64,000 bases of DNA from an uncultured Acidobacteriaceae bacterium (GTDB taxonomy: Bacteria; Acidobacteriota; Terriglobia; Terriglobales; Acidobacteriaceae), in contig CAVVBT010000005.1 in NCBI GenBank assembly GCA_963746625.1, forward strand, positions 97,384-161,383, given 5' to 3'. The position numbers were made by a program, and so were the translations under genes. The notes beneath the pieces were generated by a model. That model did no database searches and was not told the DNA's origin. It saw only the letters and a list, made by a program, of their open reading frames with translations. Shown piece after piece: positions 8,803 through 19,129 of the stretch. Every line of letters begins with the position of its first letter. Within the stretch, counting starts at the first letter, position 1.

Positions 8803-11800
8803 TTAGAAGAAGAGCTTTGCGGCGAACTGCATCTGGCGTGCGCCGTAGAGGCTGTTGTTGGTGCCTGAGGTTACTCCGAAAGCGGCGAGGCCGGTACCGC
8901 TGTAGGGAGAGATGCAGCCCTGGAAGGTGGCGCCGGGTGCAGGGGTGGTGGCGTTGCACTTCAGTTGGGTCGACCCTGATCCCGAGGTGGTGCCGCTCGC
9001 GAGGTATTGCGAGTAGGTTCCGTTGACTCCGGTGATGATCTGGTGGTTGAGAAGGTTGAAGGCATCTGCGGAGATCTGCATGTAGATGCTCTCGTGGATG
9101 GGGATGTTGCGGGCTATGCGGAAGTCGAAGTCGTTATAGCCGGGCATGGGAATGCTGTTGCGGCCGATCTGCGGGGGACGGCCGGTAGTGGGTGCGCCTG
9201 TGCTGGAACTCATCGCGCCTCCCTAGATGTTGCCGTCGGCTCCGTAGCTGGTTCCGGTGCCGGAATAGACGGTTCCGCTCATGGCGAGGGAGATTGGCTC
9301 GCCACCGGAGGCGATGAAGCCGCCGGAGAAGAGGAAGTCGTCGAAGGCATATTTGACGAACTTGTTGCTCTCGAAGATGTTTGGCTGATAGACGAAGCTG
9401 AGTGCGAAGCGATTGCGGACGTCGGTGTCGGACGGACCGTTTTCGCGACGGGTGTTGTTGGGATCGAGCGGGACGTCGCCGCCGTAGAAGGTGCCGAAGG
9501 TACCTGCCACCTGGCCGGTATCCGTGGCTCGTGCCCATGTGTAGTTGGCGAGGACTTCAAGACCGTTGGCGAAGGGCCGACGGACGGTCACGGCCATGGA
9601 GTTGTACCAGGTGTTGGCTACGCTGAAGCCGGTGTTGATGGAAGTGATAGCCGAGTTGCGGCGATCGGACTGCAGGTAGACCGGCACGGTGATCTGGCTG
9701 GTGACGTTGTTGGAGGCGTCCTGGATGTTGTAGGTGGCAATGCCGTGCGGAGTCTGGCCGACGAGGTTGGCGTCAAGAAAGACGGGCAGACGGAGAGCGC
9801 GGGTAGCCTACATAGCCGACCGAGAGGGACATCTTGCCCGGCAGGGACTGTTCGACGCCGAGATTGAACTCGTGCGCAAGAGGCGGAACGAAGTTGGGAT
9901 CGAGACCGTGGAAGCTCTGCGAGCCGAGGATCGCGGGACCATTGACGGCGGGCGCGGTGCCACCGGTGGGAAATAGGGCTGCCGAGAGCGGCGGCCCGGT
10001 GACGGGGAATGGAACGAAGGGATACTTGAGGTTGTTGGCGCTGCTGGGAACGGTCGGGCAGCGGGCTTTGGAGACACTGCCAACGGAGGACTCGCAACCG
10101 GTGTAGTTGTAGTTGACCTGAACGACGCCGTTTTCCACGCGCATGGCGTAGTAGGTCGAACCCTGGTTGAGTGCGGAGAACAGGCCGTAGCCTCCACGGA
10201 CGACGGTACCGGGGTAGGGCGACCAGCTGAAGCCTACACGGGGCTGGACGCGGTCGAGAACGTTCTTGATGGTCTGGCTGTACTCAGTGGAGATGGGCGG
10301 GAAGTTGTTGTTGATGAGGCCGGGAGCCGGGGTGAGCTGGACGTCATAACGGATGCCGGCGGTGAGGAGGAAGTTCGGCTTGAGCTTCCAGGCGTCTTCG
10401 GCGAAGCCGTCGAACATCTTCATCCAGAAGTTGTCCTCGCCTTCGGTGGTTGGAGTGGTGTTGACCTTGTCGATGGTCTGGACGAAGGTGTTGTAGTGGT
10501 ATCCGGCGTAGGGGTCGGTGTCGCCCGGTTGTCCGGCGAACGCGTCCTGGATCCAATCCTGGAAGTTGAGCGTAGTAGTGGCGTCACCATAGCTGTAGAC
10601 ACCGCCGCCCTGGAAGAGGTTAATCATGACTTCGTGGACGAGATTGGCGTCGCCGCCGAACTTGATGGAGTGACGGCCCTTGACGGTGGTGAAGACATCG
10701 GTGAACTGGATGCGGTGCTCGTTGGGTTCGGCGACGCGGGGCAGAGCGTTGGGCATGCCGAAGGTGACGACGCCGCTGGCGACGCTGGGACCGGCAGCGT
10801 TGGCACCAGCAGTCTCGAGGTCCTGACCGTACTGGAAGTGGACCTGATTGACGGAGGACTTGCCGATCTGAGTGGTGAGGCCGGCGACCAGGAAGCGCTC
10901 GTGGTAGCTGGTGGGACCGTTGGTCGAGGGCGAGCTGTTGGTGAAGGTGTTGGCCGGGCTGTAGCCGTAGGTCGAGTCGTAGTCAGCGAAGTTGTAGTCG
11001 ACGAAGGCGTCGTTGCGGCTGTTGATGTGCCAGTCGAGGCGTGGGAAGAAGAGATTCTGTTTCTGGAAGCGGGCAGGAGGCGCAGCCCCAACGGCGACGT
11101 TACCGACGTTCAGGAGAAACTGAATGCCAGCGGTACATTGCGTAGCTGTGATGGTGGTTGGGCACTGCGTCGGGGTAACGGTGGTCGTGCTGGTGGTGGG
11201 GCCCGAGGGAGTCAGCGAGATGATGTTGGTGTTGGCGTAGAGGACGCGGCCAACCTTGCGGAAGCCATCGTAGGTGAAGAAGAAGAAGAGACGGTCCTTG
11301 ATGATGGGGCCGCCGACGGAGCCGCCGAACTGCTGCTGCTGGTGGACGGGCTGAGTGAGAAGGAATGGGTTTCCGTTGTTGTGGAGGGCCTGATACTTGT
11401 TGTAGGGGTCGAGGGCGTTGAGGTCGGGATAGCGGAGGTAGTAGAAGGCGTCGCCGTGGAAGGCGTTGGTGCCCGATTTGGTGATGGCGTTGACCTGTCC
11501 GCCGGCGGCCTGACCGAACTCGACGGAGTAGTTGGAGGCCTGGGCCTGGAACTCCTTGATGGAGTCGATGGAGTAGACGTAGGGGGCACCGGAGGCGCGG
11601 CCACGGGCTTCGGAGAAGAGCATCTGGTTGTTGTTGGAGCCGTCGACGTAGTTCTGGTTGTAGAGGCCGCTGATGCCGTGGAAGCTGACGAGGCCTGAGC
11701 CGCCGTCGGGAGTGACGTTGGGGGTGTTGAGGACGAAGGCGCTCCAGTTACGGGAGGCTACGGGGAGATTGGAGATGAGGGACTGGTCGATGGTCTGGGC

Positions 11801-12223
11801 GACCTCAGTCTTGTCGGTGTCGACGAGCGGCGACTCGCTGGTGACGATAACTTCGGTCGAGACGGAGGCAGGCGGGACGGTGATGTCGACGGTGAGGACC
11901 TGGCCGACCGTGAGGACGAGATTCTTGCGGTTCACTTTGCCGAAGCCGTTGCCTCCGGCGGTGACCTCATAGTGGCCGGGAAGAAGGAAGTTGGCGGCGA
12001 ATGAGCCGTCTCCGTTGGTGGTGAGGGCGCGGGAGACACCGGTGTCGGTATTGAGCACGACGACTGGGGAGTTGGGGACGGCTGCGCCGCTCTGGTCGGT
12101 GATGGTTCCGTTGATGTTGCCGTTGCCGGAGGTCTGGGCCGCGGCAGTTAGGCCGGCTGCGACGAGGAAGACCGCGACGACGGTAAGCGTGAAGACACGT
12201 CGACAAAGGATTTGAAGTTTCAT
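8803..12223 (-). CDS. Oar-like TonB-dependent outer-membrane receptor with carboxypeptidase-regulatory-like N-domain; interrupted in this assembly
   Basis: G.I.GTITDQSGAAVPN, EFQ...SNYSVEFGQAAGGQVNAITKSGTNAFHG, C-terminal RQMQFAAKLFF; +1 insertion near 9807 and in-frame TAG at 9223-9225. Confidence 0.88.
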
Positions 12224-12464
12224 TGGTACTGCCTCCTGAAAAATCACCGACAAAAATGTGGTGTGGACCGGGCCCTGACGTACTGACCTATGTGTCGGCC
12301 GCCGGACGTTCGCAAACGGCCATAAGTTGAATTGTTGTAATACTTCAACAGTCAGGCTTAGGGGAGGAACGTGTCAAGGCCAATTGTTAAAGGACTGTTA
12401 CAAACGACCTCTTTTTGCTCATTTTTGACTTGGCGGAGACGATTTTGAGACGACGGAAGGAAAA

Positions 12465-12555
12465 AGCAAAAGCAGATCCCCCATTCGACTTCGCTCAGGG
12501 CAGGCTCTTCGGGGATGACAAGCAAGAAAAGCCAAGGCAACGGCACCAACTACGG
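12465..12555. repeat. Repeat family B copy followed by a short (GGCAAC)-like run
   Basis: aaaagcagatcccccattcgacttcgctcagggcaggctcttcggggatgac...ggcaacggcaccaactacggcaac. Confidence 0.65.
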
Positions 12556-12598
12556 CAACCAACCGCAACTGCGGTGACGACGCTGCCAGGCGAACACC

Positions 12599-13008
12599 CT
12601 AGTGGAGTTGCGAGGGGATGATGGCGTACTGGATGAGGAGCTCGAAGGGGACGATTTTGAGGGTGTCCTCGTGGGTGGCTTCGAGGACGATAGGGCAGGC
12701 GGCTCCGGCTCGCTGGACTGCGAGCCAGCGCTCAGCGCAGACACACCAACGGTCGCCGGGTTTGAGGCCCTCGAAACCGTATTGCGGCATAGGTGTAATG
12801 AGGTCGTTGCCGAGAGCGCGGGAGGCTTCGAGGAAGGGCTGGTCGACGACGCAGCAGATGGTGTGTACGCCGTGGTCGTCAGGGCCGGTATTGCAGCAGC
12901 CGTCGCGGTAGAAGCCGGTGTTGGATTTCCGGGCTCGCCGCCACAGGTGGCGAGGGGCTGGCCGAGAACGTTGCGGGCGGGGGCTTTTATGGGCTCTACG
13001 GTGGGCAT
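12599..13008 (-). CDS. DUF2237 family protein, frameshifted near 12920
   Basis: RNVLGQPLATC, TGFYRDGCCNTG, GLKPGDRWCVCAERW and LEATHE assembled from two frames. Confidence 0.85.
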
Positions 13009-13055
13009 AAGTTCTCTCTTCGTACTCAGTATCCCACTTTACGCGAGTAGTGCGG

Positions 13056-13113
13056 TTCGCGCGAAGCGCGAATAACCCACCCTTTTCGATGAGGCCGAAA
13101 AGGATGGGTCACC
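13056..13113. repeat. Double-hairpin REP-like element or terminator downstream of the ABC-F gene
   Basis: ttcgcgc-gaa-gcgcgaa (13056-13072) and acccacccttttcg...cgaaaaggatgggt (13075-13109). Confidence 0.65.
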
Positions 13114-13130
13114 TGATTTTTTGCAGATTT

Positions 13131-14768
13131 TTATTTCGCGGTGAGGGCCAGCTGTTGCTGGTATTCCTCGTAGGGGCCCTTGTGGTCGGTGATGTGGAAG
13201 TCGGTGGGGCCGCCTTCGAAGTGCCAGATGCGAGTGCCGGCTTCTTCGATGAGGTCTTCGTCGTGAGTGACGAGGAAGACGGTGCCTTCGTACTTCTGGA
13301 TGGCCTGATTGAGGGCGTTGATGCTCTCGAGGTCGAGGTGGTTGGTGGGTTCGTCGAAGACGAGGACGTTGGGCTTCTGCAGCATGATCTTGCAGAAGAG
13401 CAGACGGGCGGCTTCGCCTCCGGAGAGAGCTTCGGTTTTTTTCAGGCCTTCTTCGCCGCGGAAGAGCATCTGGCCGAGGATTCCGCGGATGTCTTCCTTG
13501 GTGGCCTTGGGGTCGAAGGTGTGAAGCCACTCGGCGGCGGTGGTGCCTTTGGGGATGGAGCCGGTGTGGTCCTGCGCGAAGTAGCCGATCTGGACTTCGT
13601 GGCCCCACTTGACGGAACCGGAGTCGATGGAGACGTCGGTCTCTTCTATGCCGGGGCCGTTTGCGAGGAGGGCCTTGAGGAGCGTGGTTTTGCCTTGTCC
13701 GTTGCGGCCGATGAGGACGACTTTTTCTCCGCGCTGGACGGCGGCGGAGAAGTTGTTGATGACGTGCTCGGTTTTGCCGTTGGGCTGGGTGTAGGACTTG
13801 TTGACGCCCTCGAATTCGAGGACGTTTTTGCCGGAGGGGCGCTCCATCTTGAAGGCGATGAAGGGGCGGGCGATGTTGGAGCGGGCCAGTTCGCTGGTGG
13901 CGAGGCGCTCTACTTCTTTTTTGCGCGAGTTCACCTGTGAGGAGCGGGTGCCGGCGGAGAAGCGGGCGATGAAGTCGTTAAGCTGAGCGATTTTTTTCTC
14001 GCGCTGCTCGTTCTGGCTTTCGATGCGGGTGCGGATGCTGGTCTTCTGGAGGACCATCTCGTCATAGCCGCCGGTGTAAGTGATGATGGTTTCGTAGTCG
14101 ATGTCGGCTATGTTGGTGCAGATGTTGTTGAGGAAGTGGCGGTCGTGGGAGATGGTGATAACGGTGCCGTTGTAGCGGTTGAGGAAGTCTTCGAGCCAGT
14201 GGATGGAGTCGAGGTCGAGGTAGTTGGTGGGCTCGTCGAGGAGAAGGGCTTCGGGGTTGCCGAAGAGGGCCTGGGCGAGGAGGACTCGAACTTTCTGGCC
14301 GCCCTGGAGCTCGGACATCTTGCGCTCGTGGAGTTCGTCGGGGATGTCGAGGCCCTGGAGGAGAACGGCGGCGTTGGCTTCGGCTTCGTAGCCGTCTTCG
14401 TCGCCGACGACGCCTTCGAGTTCGCCGAGACGGGAGCCGTCTTCGTCGGTGAGCTCGGGTTTGGCGTAGATGACTTCGCGCTCTTCAAGCGCGGCCCAGA
14501 GGGACTTGTTGCCCATGATGACGGTGTCGATGACGCGATAGGCGTCGAACTCGTACTGGTCCTGTTTGAGGACGCCGACTTTCTTGGGTCGGACGACGGA
14601 GCCTTTCTGGGCGTCGATCTCGCCGGTGAGGACTTTCATGAAGGTGGATTTGCCGGCTCCGTTGGGGCCGGTGAGGCCATAACGACGGCCGGTGGTGAAG
14701 GTGACGGAGACGTCCTCGAAGAGTAGCTTCGAGCCGTAGCGCATGGTGACATTGGAGACTGAGATCAT
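13131..14768 (-). CDS. ABC-F family ATP-binding protein (YbiT-like)
   Basis: Two NBDs: GPNGAGKST/LQGGQK/LLLDEPTNYLD and GRNGQGKTT/LSGGE/FDEPTNHLD; no TM segments. Confidence 0.93.
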   Translation of the reverse strand: MISVSNVTMRYGSKLLFEDVSVTFTTGRRYGLTGPNGAGKSTFMKVLTGEIDAQKGSVVRPKKVGVLKQDQYEFDAYRVIDTVIMGNKSLWAALEEREVIYAKPELTDEDGSRLGELEGVVGDEDGYEAEANAAVLLQGLDIPDELHERKMSELQGGQKVRVLLAQALFGNPEALLLDEPTNYLDLDSIHWLEDFLNRYNGTVITISHDRHFLNNICTNIADIDYETIITYTGGYDEMVLQKTSIRTRIESQNEQREKKIAQLNDFIARFSAGTRSSQVNSRKKEVERLATSELARSNIARPFIAFKMERPSGKNVLEFEGVNKSYTQPNGKTEHVINNFSAAVQRGEKVVLIGRNGQGKTTLLKALLANGPGIEETDVSIDSGSVKWGHEVQIGYFAQDHTGSIPKGTTAAEWLHTFDPKATKEDIRGILGQMLFRGEEGLKKTEALSGGEAARLLFCKIMLQKPNVLVFDEPTNHLDLESINALNQAIQKYEGTVFLVTHDEDLIEEAGTRIWHFEGGPTDFHITDHKGPYEEYQQQLALTAK

Positions 14769-14887
14769 GGGATTACCTCTATTTTACAGGGTTTCAGCAG
14801 TTTTCGCTCCGGTCGCTGATGAAGTCCCTGTGAAGAGATGGGCGGGTGAAAATGAAGAGGAAACGCGCATATTTGCGCATTTTTTCG

Positions 14888-16150
14888 CTATCTCACAGAG
14901 GAGGAGATTTGGGCGCGGGGCTCTGAAATGTTTGGGTTGGGCGATTCTGCTAGGGGATTCGAAGGCAGAAGGGAGGGAAGAGTGGCAAGGCCGAAGAGAT
15001 GTTCCAAACGCTGGCGAAGAGTGTCGGTGCGGAACTCGGTGAGGAAGGCGAGGGTCCAGGAGTAGATCATCGCTATGAGCAAAATCCCGAGGCCGAGCGC
15101 GAGGGTTTTGCTGGTGGGGTACCAGCGGGAGTCAGCCACAATGAGAGCGGTAAGGAAGAGCAGGAAAGGGACGTGGACGGCGTAAAGGGTATAGGAGAAA
15201 CGGGCGAACTCGCGGGAGATATGGACGGTGCGGCTCCTGGAAGGATGAGGGGCGGCGGCTGAGAGCAAAATCCAGAGAAATAGCGTAGTGATCAGGGTGA
15301 GCAGGTAGTCGCGCTTGCGGCCGGTGATCCAGGGGATGCGGCCGAAGGCGAAGAAAAGAATGGCATAAAACAATGACGAACCGATGCGGAGATATCGGGC
15401 GGCGCGAGGCGGAAGAGCAGGCACAGGGAGCTTGAACAGGGCTACTCCAGCGAGCCAGATGGGAAAGTTGAGGACCATATCGGCTCCGATAAACCATGCC
15501 ATGACCACGAAGAGAGCGGCACAGAGCAGCCGGTATGCGGGTCGCCTGGTGCTCCAGAGGGCGAGGAGGCCGAGCGGGAAGAGCAGGTAGTACCAGAACT
15601 CATTCGCAAGACTCCAGAGGACCCCATCGGAGCCGAACACGGGGGTAAGAATCGTCTGGAGGAAGAACAGATTGCCGAAGAAAATTCGCGACGTAAGCTG
15701 TGACGTTATGTCGCCAAAAACCATATTGTTGGCGACCTGACCGCTGTAGAGTGCGGGTGCGAGGCGCAGATGAGTTCCCAGCCGGTCCCAGAAGAGACAA
15801 AAGACAAGGGCGGGGATGAGCACAATCCAAAGACGAACGATGCGACGGAGAAGATAACTGCTCCAGGTCCACTGATTGCGTTCTACGGAACGAAAGACCG
15901 TGCCACCAATAAAGTAGCCGCTAAGGACAAAGAACAGAATGACGGATTGGTGGCCCGCGCTTGCAAGCGCATAAAGGACGGCGAATGGGACGCGATAAGC
16001 CGTGATGTGCGGATAGTCGACGAAGAAGAGATTGCGCCAATGCTCGAAGAGCACGAAAAAGGCAGCCAATCCACGCAGAAGATCGAAGTGTACCGAGGCC
16101 CACGTTGCGGAGAATTGAATCGAGCGGGTTCGCGTCGCGGTCGAGCTCAT
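14888..16150 (-). CDS. Acyltransferase family 3 (OafA-like O-acyltransferase)
   Basis: DLLRGLAA, FFVLSGY, RRIVRLW, WSLANEFWYY and SYTLYAVH motifs; multi-TM. Confidence 0.88.
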   Translation of the reverse strand: MSSTATRTRSIQFSATWASVHFDLLRGLAAFFVLFEHWRNLFFVDYPHITAYRVPFAVLYALASAGHQSVILFFVLSGYFIGGTVFRSVERNQWTWSSYLLRRIVRLWIVLIPALVFCLFWDRLGTHLRLAPALYSGQVANNMVFGDITSQLTSRIFFGNLFFLQTILTPVFGSDGVLWSLANEFWYYLLFPLGLLALWSTRRPAYRLLCAALFVVMAWFIGADMVLNFPIWLAGVALFKLPVPALPPRAARYLRIGSSLFYAILFFAFGRIPWITGRKRDYLLTLITTLFLWILLSAAAPHPSRSRTVHISREFARFSYTLYAVHVPFLLFLTALIVADSRWYPTSKTLALGLGILLIAMIYSWTLAFLTEFRTDTLRQRLEHLFGLATLPSLLPSNPLAESPNPNISEPRAQISSSVR

Positions 16151-16310
16151 GCGGGGCAGGCCCTGGAGCGAAACTTATGGTTCCGACGCGGTCTAAACCT
16201 GGAAGGGGAGGTCATTCCCAGTCATCGTAAATCATGACATGAATGTGAGAACGATCCGACGCGAACAAGGCAACCAACAAGTAAGTGGCGTTCGGGGTTC
16301 GGGTGTTGCT

Positions 16311-16826
16311 TTATGACTTGCCGATGAGGACGCCTGCTGCGAAGACGAGGCCTCCGCCGACGATGACCTGCAGGCAGGAGAGAGCGAAGCTGGTCTTGAA
16401 GTATTTATGGCGGATGAAGGAGATGAGGATGAGTTCGACTCCGACGACGCCGTAGGCCCATGTGAGGGCGGTGTGGACGTTTGAGATGAGGAATGGAAGG
16501 GTGTGGAGAAAGCCGCCGAGGAAGGTCATCAGGCCGGTGACGATGCCACGGAAGATGGGGTTGCCGCGACCGGTGAGGGATCCGTCGTCGGAGAGGCCTT
16601 CTGAGAAGGCCATGGAGATGCCGGCTCCTACTGCGGTGGCGAGGCCGATGAGGAGCGTGGTGTGGGAGTTGTGGGTCGCGAAGGCCGTGGCGAAGATGGG
16701 GGCGAGGGTGGAGACGGAGCCGTCCATGAGGCCGGCGAGGCCAGGCTGCACGATGCGCAGGACGAAGTCTTTGTCGTCGTGCACGATGCTGTTGAACTCG
16801 GTCAGGTTGGGGATGTTTTCTGACAT
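16311..16826 (-). CDS. VIT1/CCC1 family transporter (MbfA C-terminal-like)
   Basis: QPGLAGLMDGSVSTLAP, GAGISMAFSEGLSDDG.LTGRG. Confidence 0.85.
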   Translation of the reverse strand: MSENIPNLTEFNSIVHDDKDFVLRIVQPGLAGLMDGSVSTLAPIFATAFATHNSHTTLLIGLATAVGAGISMAFSEGLSDDGSLTGRGNPIFRGIVTGLMTFLGGFLHTLPFLISNVHTALTWAYGVVGVELILISFIRHKYFKTSFALSCLQVIVGGGLVFAAGVLIGKS

Positions 16827-16895
16827 TGGGGCTTGGGGATCAGGTGGAAGAGGATGGCTTATTCCGAGGGCTGCAAGTCTTATTGTCCCCTAAAT

Positions 16896-16965
16896 ATTCC
16901 CTCAGCGGCTAAAAGCCGCATTTCAGAGGTGAGCTACGGCGCGGCTAAAGCCGCGCCCTTTCAAA
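16896..16965. repeat. REP-like family A doublet
   Basis: ccctcagcggctaaaagccgc...ggcgcggctaaagccgcgccctttcaaaa. Confidence 0.8.
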
Positions 16966-17060
16966 AACAACACGATTCGCGGTGACAAACCAAAAGGGAG
17001 TTTAAACAAATCCGCTCTGCGGCTGGTTGGCGGCAGAGCGGAGCTGTTTTTTCCAGTAGA

Positions 17061-18587
17061 TTATTGACCGCGGCGGGCGGGGCCGGAGCGGCTGCCGCCT
17101 GGGCGATTGCCTGGGCGTCCGCTGCGACCGCCGGGGCCTCGGCCACCGGAGTTGCGTCCGCCAGAGAAGCCTCCGCCACCGTTGCGGCTACGGAAGCCGC
17201 TCTTGTTGCCGCCGTAGTTTGCGTTCGGCGTCGCCATCGGGGAGACGGGATCGTTGCCCTTCCAGGAACGAGTTTCAAGTTGCAGGATGTCCATCCCCGG
17301 AGCAGTTATGTCGAGGGGCTGGTTGCGAACTTCCTTCTCGAGGTTCTTATCGGCTTCGCGCCACTCGAACTTTATTTTGAGTTCGCGCTCGAGCTTGCGG
17401 GCGTCGTGCTTTTCCTGCGGCATGACGAAGGTGGTGGCTACGCCTTTCGCTCCGGCCCGGCCAGTGCGGCCGATGCGGTGGACGAAGTCGTCGGAGGCGT
17501 TGGGCAGGTCGTAGTTGACGACGTGAGCGATGTCCTGGACGTCGATGCCGCGCGCCGCGACGTCGGTGGCGACGAGAATGCGGTGCTTGCCGTTCTGGAA
17601 GCCCTTGAGGGCGGCAGTGCGCTGCGACTGCGAGCGGTCGCCGTGGATGACGTCAGCGTCGTGACCGAGGCGCTCGAGTTTCTTGCTGATGCGGTCGGCG
17701 CCGTGCTTCGTGCGCGAGAAGACGAGGAAGGTTCCCTGCTCTTCGCGCAGCATCTGGTCGAGAAGGCCGAGCTTCTGGTCCTGCATGACGGTGTAGACGC
17801 GGAGTTCGACGCGGTCGGAGGGCTTGGAGGTCTGGCCGATGGCGATGCGAACGGGGTTGCGGACGTAGTCGCGGACGATCTCCTGAATGTTGGCGTCGAG
17901 GGTGGCCGAGTAGCACATGGTCTGACGGGTCTTCGGCACAGCGCCGACGATGCGGCGGATGGCAGGAAGGAAGCCCATGTCGAGCATGCGGTCGACTTCG
18001 TCAAGGACAAGCATCTCGACGGAGTTGATGTTGACCTCGCGGCGGCGAAGGAAGTCTTCGAGGCGGCCAGGGGTGGCGACGACGAGACGTGGACCGCGGT
18101 CGAGCTGATCGAGCTGGTTGTTCTCGGAGAGACCGCCGCAGACGAGCACGGCATCGTTCTTCGAACCGGGAACGAGCTTCCAGTAGGCGTCAAGGACCTG
18201 CATGGCGAGCTCGCGCGTCGGGAGCAGGATGAGGGCGCGAATGGGACCGCGTTTGCCCTTGGTGCTGGGGACGGAGTTCGCATCCATGCGCTGAATCATG
18301 GGAATGAGGAAGCTGAGGGTCTTGCCGGTGCCGGTGGAGGCGGTGGCGAGAATGTCCGCACCTTCGAGTGCGGGCGGGATGGCCTTGGCCTGAACTGGCG
18401 TGGGCAGAGTGAAGCCGGCGTTGGTAAGGCGGTTCTTCAGGGAGTCCGAGATGTTGAAGTCGGTGAATCGGACGTCGCTGACGAGGGAGAGGCCTGCGGG
18501 TTTCGCGGCTTCATGCGCGGGCTTAGAAGAGTTGGAGGGGAGGGTCTGTTCTTGTTGATCGTTGTATTCCAAGGTTGCGGAGTTCAA
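17061..18587 (-). CDS. DEAD-box RNA helicase (RhlE-like)
   Basis: Q motif PTPVQ, TGTGKT, PTRELA, DEVD, SAT, HRIGRTGR; Gly/Arg-rich tail; TTG start. Confidence 0.94.
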   Translation of the reverse strand: MNSATLEYNDQQEQTLPSNSSKPAHEAAKPAGLSLVSDVRFTDFNISDSLKNRLTNAGFTLPTPVQAKAIPPALEGADILATASTGTGKTLSFLIPMIQRMDANSVPSTKGKRGPIRALILLPTRELAMQVLDAYWKLVPGSKNDAVLVCGGLSENNQLDQLDRGPRLVVATPGRLEDFLRRREVNINSVEMLVLDEVDRMLDMGFLPAIRRIVGAVPKTRQTMCYSATLDANIQEIVRDYVRNPVRIAIGQTSKPSDRVELRVYTVMQDQKLGLLDQMLREEQGTFLVFSRTKHGADRISKKLERLGHDADVIHGDRSQSQRTAALKGFQNGKHRILVATDVAARGIDVQDIAHVVNYDLPNASDDFVHRIGRTGRAGAKGVATTFVMPQEKHDARKLERELKIKFEWREADKNLEKEVRNQPLDITAPGMDILQLETRSWKGNDPVSPMATPNANYGGNKSGFRSRNGGGGFSGGRNSGGRGPGGRSGRPGNRPGGSRSGPARRGQ

Positions 18588-19129
18588 AATTTTTCCTGTC
18601 TGAGTGCCCTGTTTTTGGGGCGGTTTGTGAACGACATAGGAATGCAGGTTGGCGCTGGTAGCGCCATGGATTTACTTAGTCAGCATTGCTTGTCGTTTAC
18701 TAAGCGCTGCTGCTGCACGGCGAGACTCGTCCGATGACGAACCTCCAGCCAGAGCAACCAGCGCGGCTTCCAAAGTTTGGGGAAGGGATGCGGTGGGAAG
18801 AGGCGAATCGCAGTCTCTGGCCAGACTCTGAGTTGCTTGGAGAGTCTTTGCCTGCGGTGCCTGTACTCGAATTGATCAGAGTACAAAATAAGAGTAACAC
18901 AAGCGGCGGACAAATGGCCACAGGCTTATTGCAGAGTTTGAGTCGGGCGCATTCTCGATCAGATCGAAAGCAGGAGTAAGCGTCCGCTAACGGACAGCGG
19001 AGTCCAAGGCTGAACAGTAGTGTGTCATGCGAGTGTGGGTGCGGCGCTTTCTTTCGAAGGAGTTAGCAGCGGATTGGGCTGGCAGGCGAAGTGCAATGAT
19101 GAACGGAAAGATATTGAGGTAAGCGAACG

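Noticed and set aside
9223-9225. Amber codon as pyrrolysine or genome-wide recoding
   Set aside because: TAG is used as a normal stop in many genes here (e.g. gcvPA, gcvPB, kdsA), and no pyl genes are seen
17064-18737. 557-aa + strand ORF (similar long ORFs at 10496, 13050, 27077, 30601, 40789 and 45447)
   Set aside because: Antisense shadows of real genes. The C-ending codon bias of lagging-strand genes leaves few stops on the opposite strand, and the products have no recognisable motifs
18734-18979. 81-aa ORF between the helicase and the permease
   Set aside because: No RBS or family signal; it overlaps the hairpin-rich helicase leader and is probably non-coding
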